This document shows, piece by piece, positions 1 through 10,170 of a DNA stretch of 64,000 nt. Below the pieces are notes generated by a model, which was given only the letters and a program-made list of their open reading frames with translations, did no database searches and was not told the origin of the DNA. The first letter of the stretch is position 1; the number at the start of each line of letters is the position of its first letter. The stretch comes from Candidatus Latescibacterota bacterium (GTDB lineage: Bacteria > Latescibacterota > UBA2968 > UBA8231). Where the stretch lies: NCBI GenBank assembly GCA_965197905.1, contig CBDAOB010000005.1, positions 2,432,001 to 2,496,000 of the forward strand, written 5' to 3'. The translations under genes were made by a program, and so were the position numbers.

Positions 1-67
1 TAATCGAATACGTTATTGAAAAGGGCTCAGCGCGCTTCCGATCCTCACGTCTCTTCCGGCCGAAACC

Positions 68-793
68 TTGTCAGATTACCTTGTATATAGCCTCCTAGGA
101 GTCTTCATCGCTTTCTTCTTGCTGCCAATTAGAGTCGCGCTGCAGATTCGGCGGCAAGACTATGAAGCACCTCTCGAGTTCGACCTTCGCTGGGCCTTTT
201 TCCGCGGACTGGCGGGGATAGAGATCCAGAGGAAGTCGCCGAGCTGGCTTATTCGACCCCTCTTGTTAGGTATCAGCATCGCCAGACCTCGGCTGCGGCT
301 GACCCCGGGACCGAAGAAACCGAAAAAAGAAGCTGTCGAGAAACCGGGGGGGCCGGAGAAACCGAAAAAACGCACTCGAGAGGTGGTGAATCAAGTGCGG
401 GGGTTGGCTGATTTGCTGGCGGCTCCGGGTCTTGGGCTGGTGCGTCGGCTGCCTAAATCGATCTCGTTGCATAGATTGGCCCTCAAGGGCTCCTTCGGTT
501 TGGCAAATCCCGCGTCCACCGGATCGCTGTGTGGGTATCTCCACGCAATAAATGGTTGGGATTCTGCTCCGCTCACCCTATCGATCCATCCCGAGTTCAC
601 CAGGAGTGGGCTCAAGGGTCAAATCAGTCTCGCTCTACATCTCCACCACGGGTACGCCCTATTTTCCTTGCTGCAGTTTGCCGGCGTCGTCGCCTATCGC
701 TACGTGACGCGATTCGCTGCCGGCAAGATGCACAGGATCCGACACTTAGTACACGCACCGAACCGGAGAACCTCAGATGACGGCAAGCCTTGA
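68..793 (+). CDS. DUF2953-family (YtfI-like) membrane-anchored protein
   Basis: N-terminal TM segment, Lys/Pro-rich linker, motif FGLANPASTGSLCG; lies directly upstream of a ytfJ-like gene as in ytfI-ytfJ pairs. Confidence 0.6.
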   Translation: MSDYLVYSLLGVFIAFFLLPIRVALQIRRQDYEAPLEFDLRWAFFRGLAGIEIQRKSPSWLIRPLLLGISIARPRLRLTPGPKKPKKEAVEKPGGPEKPKKRTREVVNQVRGLADLLAAPGLGLVRRLPKSISLHRLALKGSFGLANPASTGSLCGYLHAINGWDSAPLTLSIHPEFTRSGLKGQISLALHLHHGYALFSLLQFAGVVAYRYVTRFAAGKMHRIRHLVHAPNRRTSDDGKP

Positions 794-1163
794 AAGCCTG
801 ATCGAACGCGTGCTCGGCGAACTCCACCGCATGGTGAAAACCGAAACCATTGTCGGCGAGCCCGTGGAAGCTGGAGAAGTAACGCTAATACCTGTATCGA
901 AGATTTCTTTCGGGTTTGGAGCTGGAGGCGGTTCCGAAGGGGGCAAGGGTCAAAGCGGCACGGGTGGCGGCGCCTCGGTAGAGCCGATCGCCTTCGTCGT
1001 AGTGCACCCGGACGGCAAGACCGAGATTCTGCCCATTGGCGACAAGGACGGCGGTTTGGGGCAGCTCGCCCAACTGATGCCGGAAGCCCTTTCCAAGGTC
1101 AAGAAGTTCATGGCGAGGAAGAAGGACCAGGCGATCGACGAGGAAGAAGACCCAGGCGAGTGA
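777..1163 (+). CDS. ytfJ: GerW/YtfJ-family protein
   Basis: ETIVGEP...TLIPVSKISFGFGAGGG...GTGGGASVEPIAFVVV family signature. Confidence 0.85.
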   Translation: MTASLESLIERVLGELHRMVKTETIVGEPVEAGEVTLIPVSKISFGFGAGGGSEGGKGQSGTGGGASVEPIAFVVVHPDGKTEILPIGDKDGGLGQLAQLMPEALSKVKKFMARKKDQAIDEEEDPGE

Positions 1164-1191
1164 CCCGTCCGCCCAACGCGGCACTTCTCTA

Positions 1192-1704
1192 TCAGAGATG
1201 GTCTCTGTCTGTCGGAAATAGCTTGAAATACCCGTCGAGCACCAGATGGACGTACCAGCCCACCACGCAGGCGACCAGATATATCTTGTTGCCCAGAACG
1301 AATTGAAATCCGTCCGGGAATAACCCATCGACGATGGTCAGGTTCCAAAAACCGAACAACAGGAAAAGCAGGGACGGTACGAACAACGGCGCCAAGCGCC
1401 AGTGGGTCCATCCCCTGTGATGGTCGATAACCGGGAGTAAAGCCACAACTCCAAGGAGGGCTGCAAGTCTGTAGCGGTCGAACCAGGCCAACACAAGCAT
1501 AGAAGACAGGATAGCGCGGAAGAACCACCGTTGGGGTATGGAGGATGTATCCAGGTCGGGAAAGAGTGAGAAGAAAAGCGTCAGCGCGAACAGCTGCCCC
1601 CACGTGCTGAAATCATAGTGGGCGATATTTCCGGTCTGCACCGCAAGCTCGGCAAAAGCAACGCCAGCAAGACATCCTCCCACTAAGTGGCCGCGGAATT
1701 GCAC
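1192..1704 (-). CDS. Membrane metal-dependent hydrolase (YdjM-like)
   Basis: H near N-terminus, PDLD, HRGWTH and HLVLD motifs with TM segments. Confidence 0.75.
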   Translation of the reverse strand: MQFRGHLVGGCLAGVAFAELAVQTGNIAHYDFSTWGQLFALTLFFSLFPDLDTSSIPQRWFFRAILSSMLVLAWFDRYRLAALLGVVALLPVIDHHRGWTHWRLAPLFVPSLLFLLFGFWNLTIVDGLFPDGFQFVLGNKIYLVACVVGWYVHLVLDGYFKLFPTDRDHL

Positions 1705-2792
1705 CCGGCCGCCTCGCTATTGCTCGTCTTGCCCTGAGCTTTCTGGTTTTGGTGGTAGAGCTGACCGCAAGCGGCCAAGACATCTCTTCCCTTGCTTTCG
1801 CGGATCGTGACGGCTACTCGGGTCGAACCTGTGAGAATATCTCTGAACAGGCGGATTCTATCCGGCGTCGGGCGACGGTAATCGTCGGAAGGTTCGAACT
1901 GGTTGTACGGAATCAGGTTGATCTTGCAGGGAACTCGCCTGCTGAGCCCGGCGAGACGAGCGGCGTCCGCATCCGAATCGGTCAAACCTTCCATCAAAAC
2001 ATACTCGAAGGTGACCCTTCGGCCGGTCAGATCGAAGTACTCTCCGGCGGCGGCGACAAGCTGATCGATATCGAACTTGCGGTTGATCGGCATGATGGTG
2101 CTTCTCAGCGGGTCGGTGGTTCCGTTGAGGGAAATGGCGAGACCAACGTTGAGGCCCTCGCGCGCCAGCCTTCGAATGCCCGGGACATAACCGGCGGTAG
2201 ACACGGTTGTTTTGCGACCCCCTATCGCGAGACCCTGTTCCTGCCGCATTATCCGCAAGGACCTCACCAGGGGGTCGTAGTTGAGTAGCGGCTCACCCAT
2301 TCCCATCATCACCACGTTCGTAACGCGGCCGTGTTGCTCCAACGCCAGGCGTTGCATCTGAATGAGCTGATCCACGATTTCGGCGGCCCTCAGATTGCGA
2401 ACGAACCCCATCTTAGCGGTGGCGCAGAATGTGCAACCTAAGGGACAGCCGACCTGCGAAGAGAGACAAGCGGTGACGCGCGACCCTTCACGCATCAGAA
2501 CGGACTCCACGTGCAAGCCATCCCGCAATTGAAAAAGGAACTTCGTCGCACAGTCTGCGTTGGAGCTGACCGTCGAAGTCAGACGCAAGCCGGTCACCTG
2601 AACCCGCTGTTTGAGTTGCTCGCGAAACGACTTCGATAGATCGGTCATATCGTCTAGATCGGTAGTGCCACGTGCATGCACCCAGGACATGAGCTGCCCG
2701 GCGCGGTACGGCTCATGCCCGAGCCCTTCGACGAGGGCAGTCAGCTCCTCGGGGAGCAGGTCTTTTAGATCGACGATATCGGGGTCATTCAT
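1683..2792 (-). CDS. rlmN: 23S rRNA A2503 / tRNA methyltransferase RlmN (radical SAM)
   Basis: SSQVGCPLGCTFCAT (CxxxCxxC), MGMGEPL, C-terminal AACGQL. Confidence 0.95.
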   Translation of the reverse strand: MNDPDIVDLKDLLPEELTALVEGLGHEPYRAGQLMSWVHARGTTDLDDMTDLSKSFREQLKQRVQVTGLRLTSTVSSNADCATKFLFQLRDGLHVESVLMREGSRVTACLSSQVGCPLGCTFCATAKMGFVRNLRAAEIVDQLIQMQRLALEQHGRVTNVVMMGMGEPLLNYDPLVRSLRIMRQEQGLAIGGRKTTVSTAGYVPGIRRLAREGLNVGLAISLNGTTDPLRSTIMPINRKFDIDQLVAAAGEYFDLTGRRVTFEYVLMEGLTDSDADAARLAGLSRRVPCKINLIPYNQFEPSDDYRRPTPDRIRLFRDILTGSTRVAVTIRESKGRDVLAACGQLYHQNQKAQGKTSNSEAAGCNSAAT

Positions 2793-2815
2793 GACGTGCT
2801 TCGATGCGGATCCGC

Positions 2816-2844
2816 TTGACGGAAGAGTGCCGTAGGTTTATTAT
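2816..2844 (+). promoter_or_regulatory. Putative sigma70 promoter for the M23 peptidase operon
   Basis: TTGACG-17 nt-TATTAT (overlapping TATAAT) in the divergent intergenic gap. Confidence 0.5.
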
Positions 2845-2937
2845 AATAAACATCTTGCGAATAATTCGGTAGGTCGGCGCCGGGGCCGCCGCGCGTCGAT
2901 CCCCCACCCTTCGAGTCACTGATCAGCACGCTCTAAC

Positions 2938-4275
2938 TTGAAAACCAGCCTCCCATCGGCAGCTTGGTTCTGGGCTAGCATCATCTCCATTCTCGTGCTG
3001 ATGGGCCTCCGCTTTGAAATCCTAAGTCAGCGCAGCCTGGCACATCCGGCAGGCCCGCGCACCCTGGTTGCGCTCGTCGAAGATTCCACAGGAATCGCGT
3101 TCGTCGGGCCGCTGCCGGCGCAACCTAAAGCGGTGATTCGGGATCCCAGCGTGAGGGTGATTCGCGATACCCTGCGGCGCGACGATTCCATCTACAGCTC
3201 GCTGAAACAGCACGGCATTTCCGAGCTCCAGATCGCCCAGCTGACCCAGGCGCTCGGAAAAGTTTTCGATGCCAAGAACCGCTCGAGGCCCCGCGACAAC
3301 TATATATTGACCGCCGACATGAGCGGTCAGCTTCGCGAATTCAGATACGTGTCACATTCGCAACCGGAAAAACCAATCCTTGTTGAGCGAAATGGGGACG
3401 GCCTGTACGGACGCCGCCTCAGTCTTCCGTTGGAACGCAGGACTGAAGTATTAGAAATTATGATCGCCGACAATCTTTCCAACGCCATGAATCGAGCCGG
3501 GGAAAGCGACGTATTAACCGATCTCCTCGCAGATAAAATCTTCGGAGCTGTAATCGATTTCCAGAAGGATCCACGGGAAGGAGATCGCCTGGGCGTCGTG
3601 TTCGAGAAGCTCTATCAGGATGACCGTTTTGTTCGCTACGGAGGCGTGCGCCTTGCTCGTTACGAAGGCGAGCAAGTATCCAAGACCGCGGTGAGCTTCG
3701 ATGAAGGAGATGGCCGAGCCCGATTTTACGATGACGACGGCAACACATTGCGCCGCCCGTTCCTCCTGAAACCCCTTTCATTCCGCCGCATAAGCTCGCG
3801 CTTCAACCGCCGGCGCTTTCACCCCATTCTGAAGAAAACGATCGCCCACCTCGGCACTGATTACGCTGCCCGTCGAGGTACCCCCGTTTGGGCTACTGGC
3901 AGGGGCACGGTAGTTCATGCGGGCTGGAAAGGAAGCTACGGCAAAATGGTCGAAATCGAACACCCCAACGGCTACCGCACCAGGTTTGCGCATTTGAGCA
4001 GAGTTAAGGTCCGACTGGGACAGCGGGTGGACCAGTTTGATACAATCGGTCTGGTGGGGGCGACTGGACGAGCCACCGGTCCCCATCTTCACTACGAGTT
4101 GATCAAGCGTGGCAGGCACCTCGATCCTGGCAGTGTCAATCGCGGCATCAAAGGTACGCCACTGGCCGATGACCACCGCGGCGCCTTCGTCGATCAACGC
4201 GATCGGTTGCTGGAACTCCTGGAAGCCAAGTCACGCCACCGATCGACACAGACGGTGTTGGCTTCGGGCATCTGA
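2938..4275 (+). CDS. M23 family peptidoglycan DD-endopeptidase (MepM-like)
   Basis: RFHPILK...HLGTDYAA and ATGPHLHYE Zn motifs; N-terminal TM. Confidence 0.9.
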   Translation: MKTSLPSAAWFWASIISILVLMGLRFEILSQRSLAHPAGPRTLVALVEDSTGIAFVGPLPAQPKAVIRDPSVRVIRDTLRRDDSIYSSLKQHGISELQIAQLTQALGKVFDAKNRSRPRDNYILTADMSGQLREFRYVSHSQPEKPILVERNGDGLYGRRLSLPLERRTEVLEIMIADNLSNAMNRAGESDVLTDLLADKIFGAVIDFQKDPREGDRLGVVFEKLYQDDRFVRYGGVRLARYEGEQVSKTAVSFDEGDGRARFYDDDGNTLRRPFLLKPLSFRRISSRFNRRRFHPILKKTIAHLGTDYAARRGTPVWATGRGTVVHAGWKGSYGKMVEIEHPNGYRTRFAHLSRVKVRLGQRVDQFDTIGLVGATGRATGPHLHYELIKRGRHLDPGSVNRGIKGTPLADDHRGAFVDQRDRLLELLEAKSRHRSTQTVLASGI

Positions 4276-4342
4276 ACACCACCTGCTTTACCCGGGCGAT
4301 GGCTTGACAGCGGCTGTCCCGTGGCATTGTGTTTCTCCAATA

Positions 4343-4753
4343 ATGGAACGCGATTTCCTCGAGGACATCGAAAAGGTCGTCGACGCCGATGGGCGCTTTC
4401 GCAAGGAGGCATATCTCTTCGTTTTCGATGCCTTGCAACACACGGTGGAGTCGATGGGCAAGACCGATCTGCCCAAAGACCGCCGGCACGTCTCGGGGAA
4501 GGAACTGCTCTCTGGAATCAGCGCTTTTGCGTTGGACCAATTCGGACCCCTCACACGCTCGGTATTCCACCATTGGGGCGTGACCTGTACCCGCGATTTC
4601 GGCGGCATCGTTTTCAGCCTCGTCGACGCAAACCTCATGAGTAAAACAGAAAACGACAACATCGAAGACTTTTCCGAGGTCTTCGATTTTGACGAGGAAT
4701 TCGACTGGAGGAAACGAAGGGCCGAATTCAGACCGAAATCGTCAGCCACATGA
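4343..4753 (+). CDS. Minf_1886-family conserved protein
   Basis: AYLFVFDAL, RHVSGKELL, QFGPL, WGVTCTRDFG motifs; start refined to ATG 4343. Confidence 0.75.
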   Translation: MERDFLEDIEKVVDADGRFRKEAYLFVFDALQHTVESMGKTDLPKDRRHVSGKELLSGISAFALDQFGPLTRSVFHHWGVTCTRDFGGIVFSLVDANLMSKTENDNIEDFSEVFDFDEEFDWRKRRAEFRPKSSAT

Positions 4754-5958
4754 GAGTCGCCTATTTCGAGTGTTTCTCCGGCATCAGCGGCGACATGACC
4801 CTCGGTGCCCTGCTCGATGCCGGTGCCGATATCGCCGAGGTTTCCGCCGCTATCGACAAGCTTGATATCCCTGGCGTAGGACTACAGACCCGGCGCACCA
4901 CCCGCAACTCCATCGCCGCCACCGCCGTCGATGTTCTCGTCGCCGGCAAACCTATCGTCGAGGACCGGGAGCATCTCCACGACGGGCAGTCCGGGCACCA
5001 CGTGCCAGAGATCGTCGGGATTATCGAAAAAAGCGAGCTTGCCAACGAGGACAAACGACGGTCCGTGGAGGTCTTTCAACGATTGGCCGCAGCGGAGTCC
5101 CGAGTTCACGGCATTCCGCTGGAGCAAGTCCACCTCCATGAGGTAGGCGCCGTGGACGCTATTGTTGACGTTGTGGGCTCGATCGTCGCGCTTTCATCTC
5201 TGGGCATCGACCGTGTCTACTCTTCGAGACTTCGCTTCGGCACTGGATTTGTGACCTGCAGCCACGGGAAAATTCCTGTTCCAGTGCCCGCCGTTGTCGA
5301 GTTGTGCAAGGACGTGCCCTCGGAACAGACCGACATTGCGGCGGAATTGGTGACACCTACTGGCGCGGCGTTGATAACAACCCTTGCAGATGGATTTGGA
5401 TCGGTACCAGCCTTCGTTCAAGATCGAGTCGGTTACGGGTGCGGCAAGAGGGAATTGGATGTGTTGCCCAATCTACTGCGCGTTCGCGTAGGAGAGTGTT
5501 CCGAGCGCCCTCAAGGCGACCAGTGTTTGATGGTCGAAGCAAATATCGACGACATGAATCCGGAGATATTCGGCTACTTGTTTGATATCCTTCTTGATCG
5601 CGGCGCCAAAGACGTCTTCGTCACTCCTGTTCTCATGAAGAAGGGCAGACCAGGGCAGCTTCTTTCCGCGCTCGTGGACAGCGCCCGGTTGGACGATGTC
5701 GCCGGGGCGATACTCCGAGAAACCACCACTCTCGGGGTCAGGCACTATCCGGTAGATCGAAAAACAATCCACCGTCGCTCAGAAACGGTGGCGACGAAAT
5801 TCGGGTCGATTAGGGTGAAGGTCAGCGAGTTCGATGGCAGACGCAGATTTGCTCCCGAGTACGACGACTGCCTTCGCGTTGCCAAAGAAAAAAAGGTGCC
5901 TATTCTATCTGTATTCTCGGCAGCCCGTAGTGCTATTCCGGAGGATGACTTTCAATGA
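4750..5958 (+). CDS. larC: Nickel insertion protein LarC
   Basis: GISGDMTLGAL, HLHEVGAVDAIVD, ELVTPTGAA, MKKGRPG, ETTTLGVR, PEYDDC. Confidence 0.93.
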   Translation: MRVAYFECFSGISGDMTLGALLDAGADIAEVSAAIDKLDIPGVGLQTRRTTRNSIAATAVDVLVAGKPIVEDREHLHDGQSGHHVPEIVGIIEKSELANEDKRRSVEVFQRLAAAESRVHGIPLEQVHLHEVGAVDAIVDVVGSIVALSSLGIDRVYSSRLRFGTGFVTCSHGKIPVPVPAVVELCKDVPSEQTDIAAELVTPTGAALITTLADGFGSVPAFVQDRVGYGCGKRELDVLPNLLRVRVGECSERPQGDQCLMVEANIDDMNPEIFGYLFDILLDRGAKDVFVTPVLMKKGRPGQLLSALVDSARLDDVAGAILRETTTLGVRHYPVDRKTIHRRSETVATKFGSIRVKVSEFDGRRRFAPEYDDCLRVAKEKKVPILSVFSAARSAIPEDDFQ

Positions 5959-6728
5959 AACCCATTTCAAAATGGGCGCTAGCGAGTGCCCTGTGTGCTT
6001 CCGCCTTCTGCACTTCTACCCTCAAAGCGGAGCGCCCTATCGAGCTGGGTGAACTGGAGAGATTCGATCTTCTGCGGGTGTTGCCTGTTATCGAGGGGCA
6101 CCAACCCAGAATGATCTTGGGCGATATTCATGGCTTCGTCAGGGTTTTCGAGCAACGCGAAGTGGGTTTCGAGGAAATTTGGGTCAGCGAGTACCTTGAA
6201 GGTGCCATCGGCGGTGTCGAGGTGATCGACATGGACAACGATTCGAAGGAAGAGATCGTCCTCTACACTGAAACGGGCAGACTTCATTATCTCGACGTCA
6301 AGTCTTATACCATCAAGTGGAGCAACCCACCGTCTGAATATGAGCGAATAACCGCGCTGACGGCGCAGAATGTGGACGATGACCCACAACCGGAGCTTAT
6401 CTTCTGCGCCGACGGCCGGCTCATAATCTACGACGGCCGCGACCAGTTCGAGGAGTGGCGGAGCGACCAGGACAACATCACTGCCACCGAGCTGTTGATC
6501 GCCGATGTCGACGGCGACGATGAACGAGAGATCGTGCTCAACGATGGGTTCGTCTTCGACGCCTCCTTCCACGATCTCGAATGGCAGTCTCCCACCCAGT
6601 TCGGCGACAAGATGGGAGTACTCGACCTGGACAACGATGGAATCGTCGAGCTCGTCGGCGAATTTCGCGGCCGCTTCATCCGCATATTCGATGTGGATTT
6701 GCGACGGGAGAAGTCGCTCAAACGTTGA
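5955..6728 (+). CDS. Secreted FG-GAP/VCBS-like repeat protein
   Basis: Signal peptide; four DxDxD...E Ca-binding motifs (DMDNDSKEEI, NVDDDPQPEL, DVDGDDEREI, DLDNDGIVEL). Confidence 0.7.
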   Translation: MKPISKWALASALCASAFCTSTLKAERPIELGELERFDLLRVLPVIEGHQPRMILGDIHGFVRVFEQREVGFEEIWVSEYLEGAIGGVEVIDMDNDSKEEIVLYTETGRLHYLDVKSYTIKWSNPPSEYERITALTAQNVDDDPQPELIFCADGRLIIYDGRDQFEEWRSDQDNITATELLIADVDGDDEREIVLNDGFVFDASFHDLEWQSPTQFGDKMGVLDLDNDGIVELVGEFRGRFIRIFDVDLRREKSLKR

Positions 6729-6767
6729 GGTTCTTGCGGGCGCGAATCGTACACGAAAGGAGTTCGA

Positions 6768-7760
6768 ATGTCTAGACCGGTGACGCTGTTTACAGGTCAA
6801 TGGGCCGATCTCGATATCGAGACCATGTGCCAGAAAGCCATCTCTTTCGGCTTTGACGGATTGGAACTGGGCTGCTGGGGTGACCATTTCGAGGTCGAGA
6901 AGGCAGATGCCGCCTACTGCGAAGCGAGACGCCAACTTCTAGAGGCACATAACCTGCAGCTGTATTCGATCTCGAATCACCTTGCGGGTCAGGCTGTCTG
7001 CGACAATATAGATGATCGACACAAGGCGATTCTGCCCGGATATGTCTGGGGCGATGGTGACCCCGAAGGCGTGCGACGACGAGCCGCCGATGAGATGGTG
7101 GCGACGGCAGAGGCGGCCAAACACCTGGGGGTGGAAGTCGTCAACGGTTTTACCGGATCCTCCATCTGGCACCTGCTCTACTCCTTCCCACCGGTTCTGC
7201 CAGCCATGATAGACAACGGGTTCCGCGACTTTGCGGAACGTTGGCGGCCAATTCTGGATGAATTTCAAAGTCGTGGCATCCGCTTTGCGTTGGAGGTGCA
7301 TCCCACCGAAATCGCCTTCGACATCGCTTCAGCTGAACGCGCCATCGACGCAGTGGAAGGACACCCCGCCTTCGGATTCAATTACGATCCGAGCCACCTG
7401 GGTTACCAGGGAGTTGATTACGTCGAGTTTCTGTACAGGTTCGGCGAGCGCATTTTTCACGTTCACATGAAAGATGTCACCTGGTCCAGCTCGCCCACGG
7501 ATGCGGGTGTATTTGGTGGTCATTTGGATTTTGGAGACCGTCGAAGATTTTGGGACTTCAGGTCGGTGGGGCGCGGTAGAATCGACTTCGAGGAAATCAT
7601 TCGCGCCTTGAACCGCATCAACTATTCCGGGCCGCTTTCCATAGAGTGGGAAGACAGCGGTATGGATAGAGAGCATGGCGCGGCTGAATCCTGTGCCTAT
7701 GTAAAGGAGGCCGATTTCGAACCTTCCGCCTTTGCCTTCGACTCCACTTTCGCAGATTAA
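6768..7760 (+). CDS. Sugar phosphate isomerase/epimerase (AP endonuclease 2 TIM barrel)
   Basis: [41 protein letters not shown]. Confidence 0.85.
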   Translation: MSRPVTLFTGQWADLDIETMCQKAISFGFDGLELGCWGDHFEVEKADAAYCEARRQLLEAHNLQLYSISNHLAGQAVCDNIDDRHKAILPGYVWGDGDPEGVRRRAADEMVATAEAAKHLGVEVVNGFTGSSIWHLLYSFPPVLPAMIDNGFRDFAERWRPILDEFQSRGIRFALEVHPTEIAFDIASAERAIDAVEGHPAFGFNYDPSHLGYQGVDYVEFLYRFGERIFHVHMKDVTWSSSPTDAGVFGGHLDFGDRRRFWDFRSVGRGRIDFEEIIRALNRINYSGPLSIEWEDSGMDREHGAAESCAYVKEADFEPSAFAFDSTFAD

Positions 7761-7788
7761 GGAACGTTCGAGATTGCCCCCCGCGCAA

Positions 7789-8427
7789 TTGAGGTTGACA
7801 ACTCTCCTGATTTCATTGATGTCGCTTGCGCCGTGCTTCGGACAGGGGCATGCCGGAGGAATGACGGAGGAGGAGCTGAAGATTGCCACGGAGAGTCTTC
7901 AGAAGGCACTGGCCGGCCCCAAGGAAGAGGCCTATCTGCAGGTACTCGTCGACGCCAAGGTCTTTTACAATCCCTACGCCGACACCGCCTCATCCTACGA
8001 TATAGTTGTCCGCTACGATCCGGCGCGCTACCGCAATGACCGGGTCGGCGTCTACCCGATCACCTTCGAGGATCAGTTCATTCTTTGGGGAAAACGAATT
8101 TCCCTTTTCACCCGCAGCACCGAATGGGAGAGCGGCTCGTTCTATTTACGGGACATCGGCAGCGCCAGGGAGGCATGGATCTCCACCGAGGATTGTCGCC
8201 GGTTGTATCAGCCTAGAACGAAGAAGCTACCGCCCATTGGCGACAACCCCGCGACCTTCAGGAAGTGGCTACGCTTGATATACAAGATCGAGCCTGGAAC
8301 GGAGTTGCGCACCATGAGTCGATGGCTGCAGCTGCTGAAGGAAGAACGGCGCGCGCTCGTCGTGAAGCGCATGCGCGAAGCCCATTCCGCCGCCCAGGCT
8401 GCGGCTCAGGCTGCCGCCGAACAATAG
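7789..8427 (+). CDS. Hypothetical protein, probably secreted
   Basis: Fills the operon gap; signal-like N-terminus; start uncertain (ORF open from 7732). Confidence 0.55.
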   Translation: MRLTTLLISLMSLAPCFGQGHAGGMTEEELKIATESLQKALAGPKEEAYLQVLVDAKVFYNPYADTASSYDIVVRYDPARYRNDRVGVYPITFEDQFILWGKRISLFTRSTEWESGSFYLRDIGSAREAWISTEDCRRLYQPRTKKLPPIGDNPATFRKWLRLIYKIEPGTELRTMSRWLQLLKEERRALVVKRMREAHSAAQAAAQAAAEQ

Positions 8428-8431
8428 CGCT

Positions 8432-9994
8432 TTGCGATCCCTCATCTACGGTTTAACCGTCTTTTTCTCTGCGGCACTTGCGGGGTGCGACACCCCACCT
8501 GCCGACGTGTTGATCTTTGGCCGCGGGTCGGATTCGATCGGCCTTGATCCTGCTCTCGAAAACGATGGCGAGTCGTTCAAGGTCTGCGACAACATCTATG
8601 AAACGCTGGTTCAATACGCCGCTGGAAACACGTCGGTAGAACCACTTCTTGCCACTTCCTGGGAGGTCTCATCCGACCGCCTGGTCTGGACCTTTCGGTT
8701 GCGCTCCGGCGTCCAGTTCCACGACGGCACCGCATTCGATGCCGCGGCGATGAAGTTTTCACTAGACAGACAGTTCGTGAAAGATCATCCTTATCACGAC
8801 GTAGAGGGGGCCTTCAAATACTGGAAGGATATGGGCATGGACGCCATCGTCGAGCAGATCGCTGCTCCCGACGACAGCACCCTGGTGATCTCTCTCGGCC
8901 AACCCAACGCTCCATTCCTGTCCAACCTGGCGATGAACTTCACCGCTGCGGTGAGCCCGACAGCGGTACGGCGGTATGGAGACGACTTCTTCAAGAACCC
9001 CGTGGGTACGGGACCGTTTCGTTTCGTCGAATGGCGCAAGGATGAACGCATCGTGCTGCAACGAAACGAGAGCTATTGGGGACGCGTCCCAGAACTCCAG
9101 CGGTTGATATTCAAGCCGATTCAGGATGCCTCGGTGCGGTACCTGGAGCTCAAGACCGGTGCCATTCACGGCCTGGACAACCTGAGCCCCGAATTCATCG
9201 ACGAGATTCGCCAGAATCCCGAGCTGCGGCTGCTCGAGCAGGCAGGCATGAACACCGGCTATCTGGCAATGAACATGGAGCGCCCACCGTTCGACAATCG
9301 GCTGGTTCGCCTGGCCATAAACCACGCAATCGACAAGAATTCACTGGCAGCAAACTTCTACCAAGGGTTGGCGACTCCCGCAAAGAATCCGATCCCTCCG
9401 ACCATGTGGGGGTACAACGATACGATCGTAGCCTACCCACACGACCCGGCGAGGGCGCGAGAGCTCCTCGCCGAAGCCGGATACCCCAACGGTTTCGATA
9501 CGGAGCTATGGGCCATGCCTGTGCCGCGACCGTACATGCCGCAGCCGGACAAGATTGCCCAGGCGCTGCAATCGGATTTAAGCGAGGTGGGCATCCGCAG
9601 CAAGATCGTCCAGTGGGAGTGGGGAACCTACCTCGACAAGGTGTCCGCCGGCGAACATTCGATGGCTCTCTTGGGGTGGACGGGAGACAACGGCGATCCG
9701 GACAATTTTCTGTTCGTCCTGTTGGACAAAACCGCTGCGGAGAAACCCGCCCAGAATATCGCCTTCTACCGTAGCGATGAGCTGCACGAAATTCTCGTTC
9801 GCGCCCGCCAAATGCCATCCCAGGCAGAGCGGGAGGTTTTATATCGCCGCGCCCAGGAACTGGTTCACCACGACGTTCCCTGGGTACCTCTGGTTCATGC
9901 CACCCAGACTGCTGCCTTCCAGAGGGTCGTCCGGGGGTTCGCGCTGCACCCCACCGGAAGCAAGTGGTTTCAAAACGTGCACTTCGCGCCTTGA
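8432..9994 (+). CDS. dppA: Peptide ABC transporter substrate-binding lipoprotein
   Basis: LAGC lipobox; IYETLV, PVGTGPF, MPVPRPYMP, GWTGDNGDPDNF (family 5 SBP). Confidence 0.92.
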   Translation: MRSLIYGLTVFFSAALAGCDTPPADVLIFGRGSDSIGLDPALENDGESFKVCDNIYETLVQYAAGNTSVEPLLATSWEVSSDRLVWTFRLRSGVQFHDGTAFDAAAMKFSLDRQFVKDHPYHDVEGAFKYWKDMGMDAIVEQIAAPDDSTLVISLGQPNAPFLSNLAMNFTAAVSPTAVRRYGDDFFKNPVGTGPFRFVEWRKDERIVLQRNESYWGRVPELQRLIFKPIQDASVRYLELKTGAIHGLDNLSPEFIDEIRQNPELRLLEQAGMNTGYLAMNMERPPFDNRLVRLAINHAIDKNSLAANFYQGLATPAKNPIPPTMWGYNDTIVAYPHDPARARELLAEAGYPNGFDTELWAMPVPRPYMPQPDKIAQALQSDLSEVGIRSKIVQWEWGTYLDKVSAGEHSMALLGWTGDNGDPDNFLFVLLDKTAAEKPAQNIAFYRSDELHEILVRARQMPSQAEREVLYRRAQELVHHDVPWVPLVHATQTAAFQRVVRGFALHPTGSKWFQNVHFAP

Positions 9995-10001
9995 CGCCCT
10001 C

Positions 10002-10164
10002 GCAGCCCGTGGTGAAAGGCACTTGGGATAGCAAGGCCGTGGAATTGCAGCCGAGATCGAGGCGTGTGAGTGAGACGCATCAGAGAGATGCAGCGATCGA
10101 GCACAACGCAGAGATCGGCTGCAAGGGCCGGCCGGAGCCCGAATGGCTTTTTGCCACGGGCCGC
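10002..10164. repeat. Palindromic MITE-like / structured intergenic element
   Basis: Terminal inverted repeats GCAGCCCGTGGTGAAAGGC / GCTTTTTGCCACGGGCCGC; inner perfect IR TTGCAGCCGA/TCGGCTGCAA; small hairpin GCATC-AGAGA-GATGC. Confidence 0.6.
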
Positions 10165-10170
10165 TAATCT

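Noticed and set aside
68..1163. ytfI/ytfJ-like pair as evidence of sporulation
   Set aside because: The family is widespread in non-sporulating bacteria, and no other spore genes are present.
4750..5958. Lone larC as a novel nickel system
   Set aside because: lar genes are commonly dispersed, and nothing adjacent supports a new pathway.
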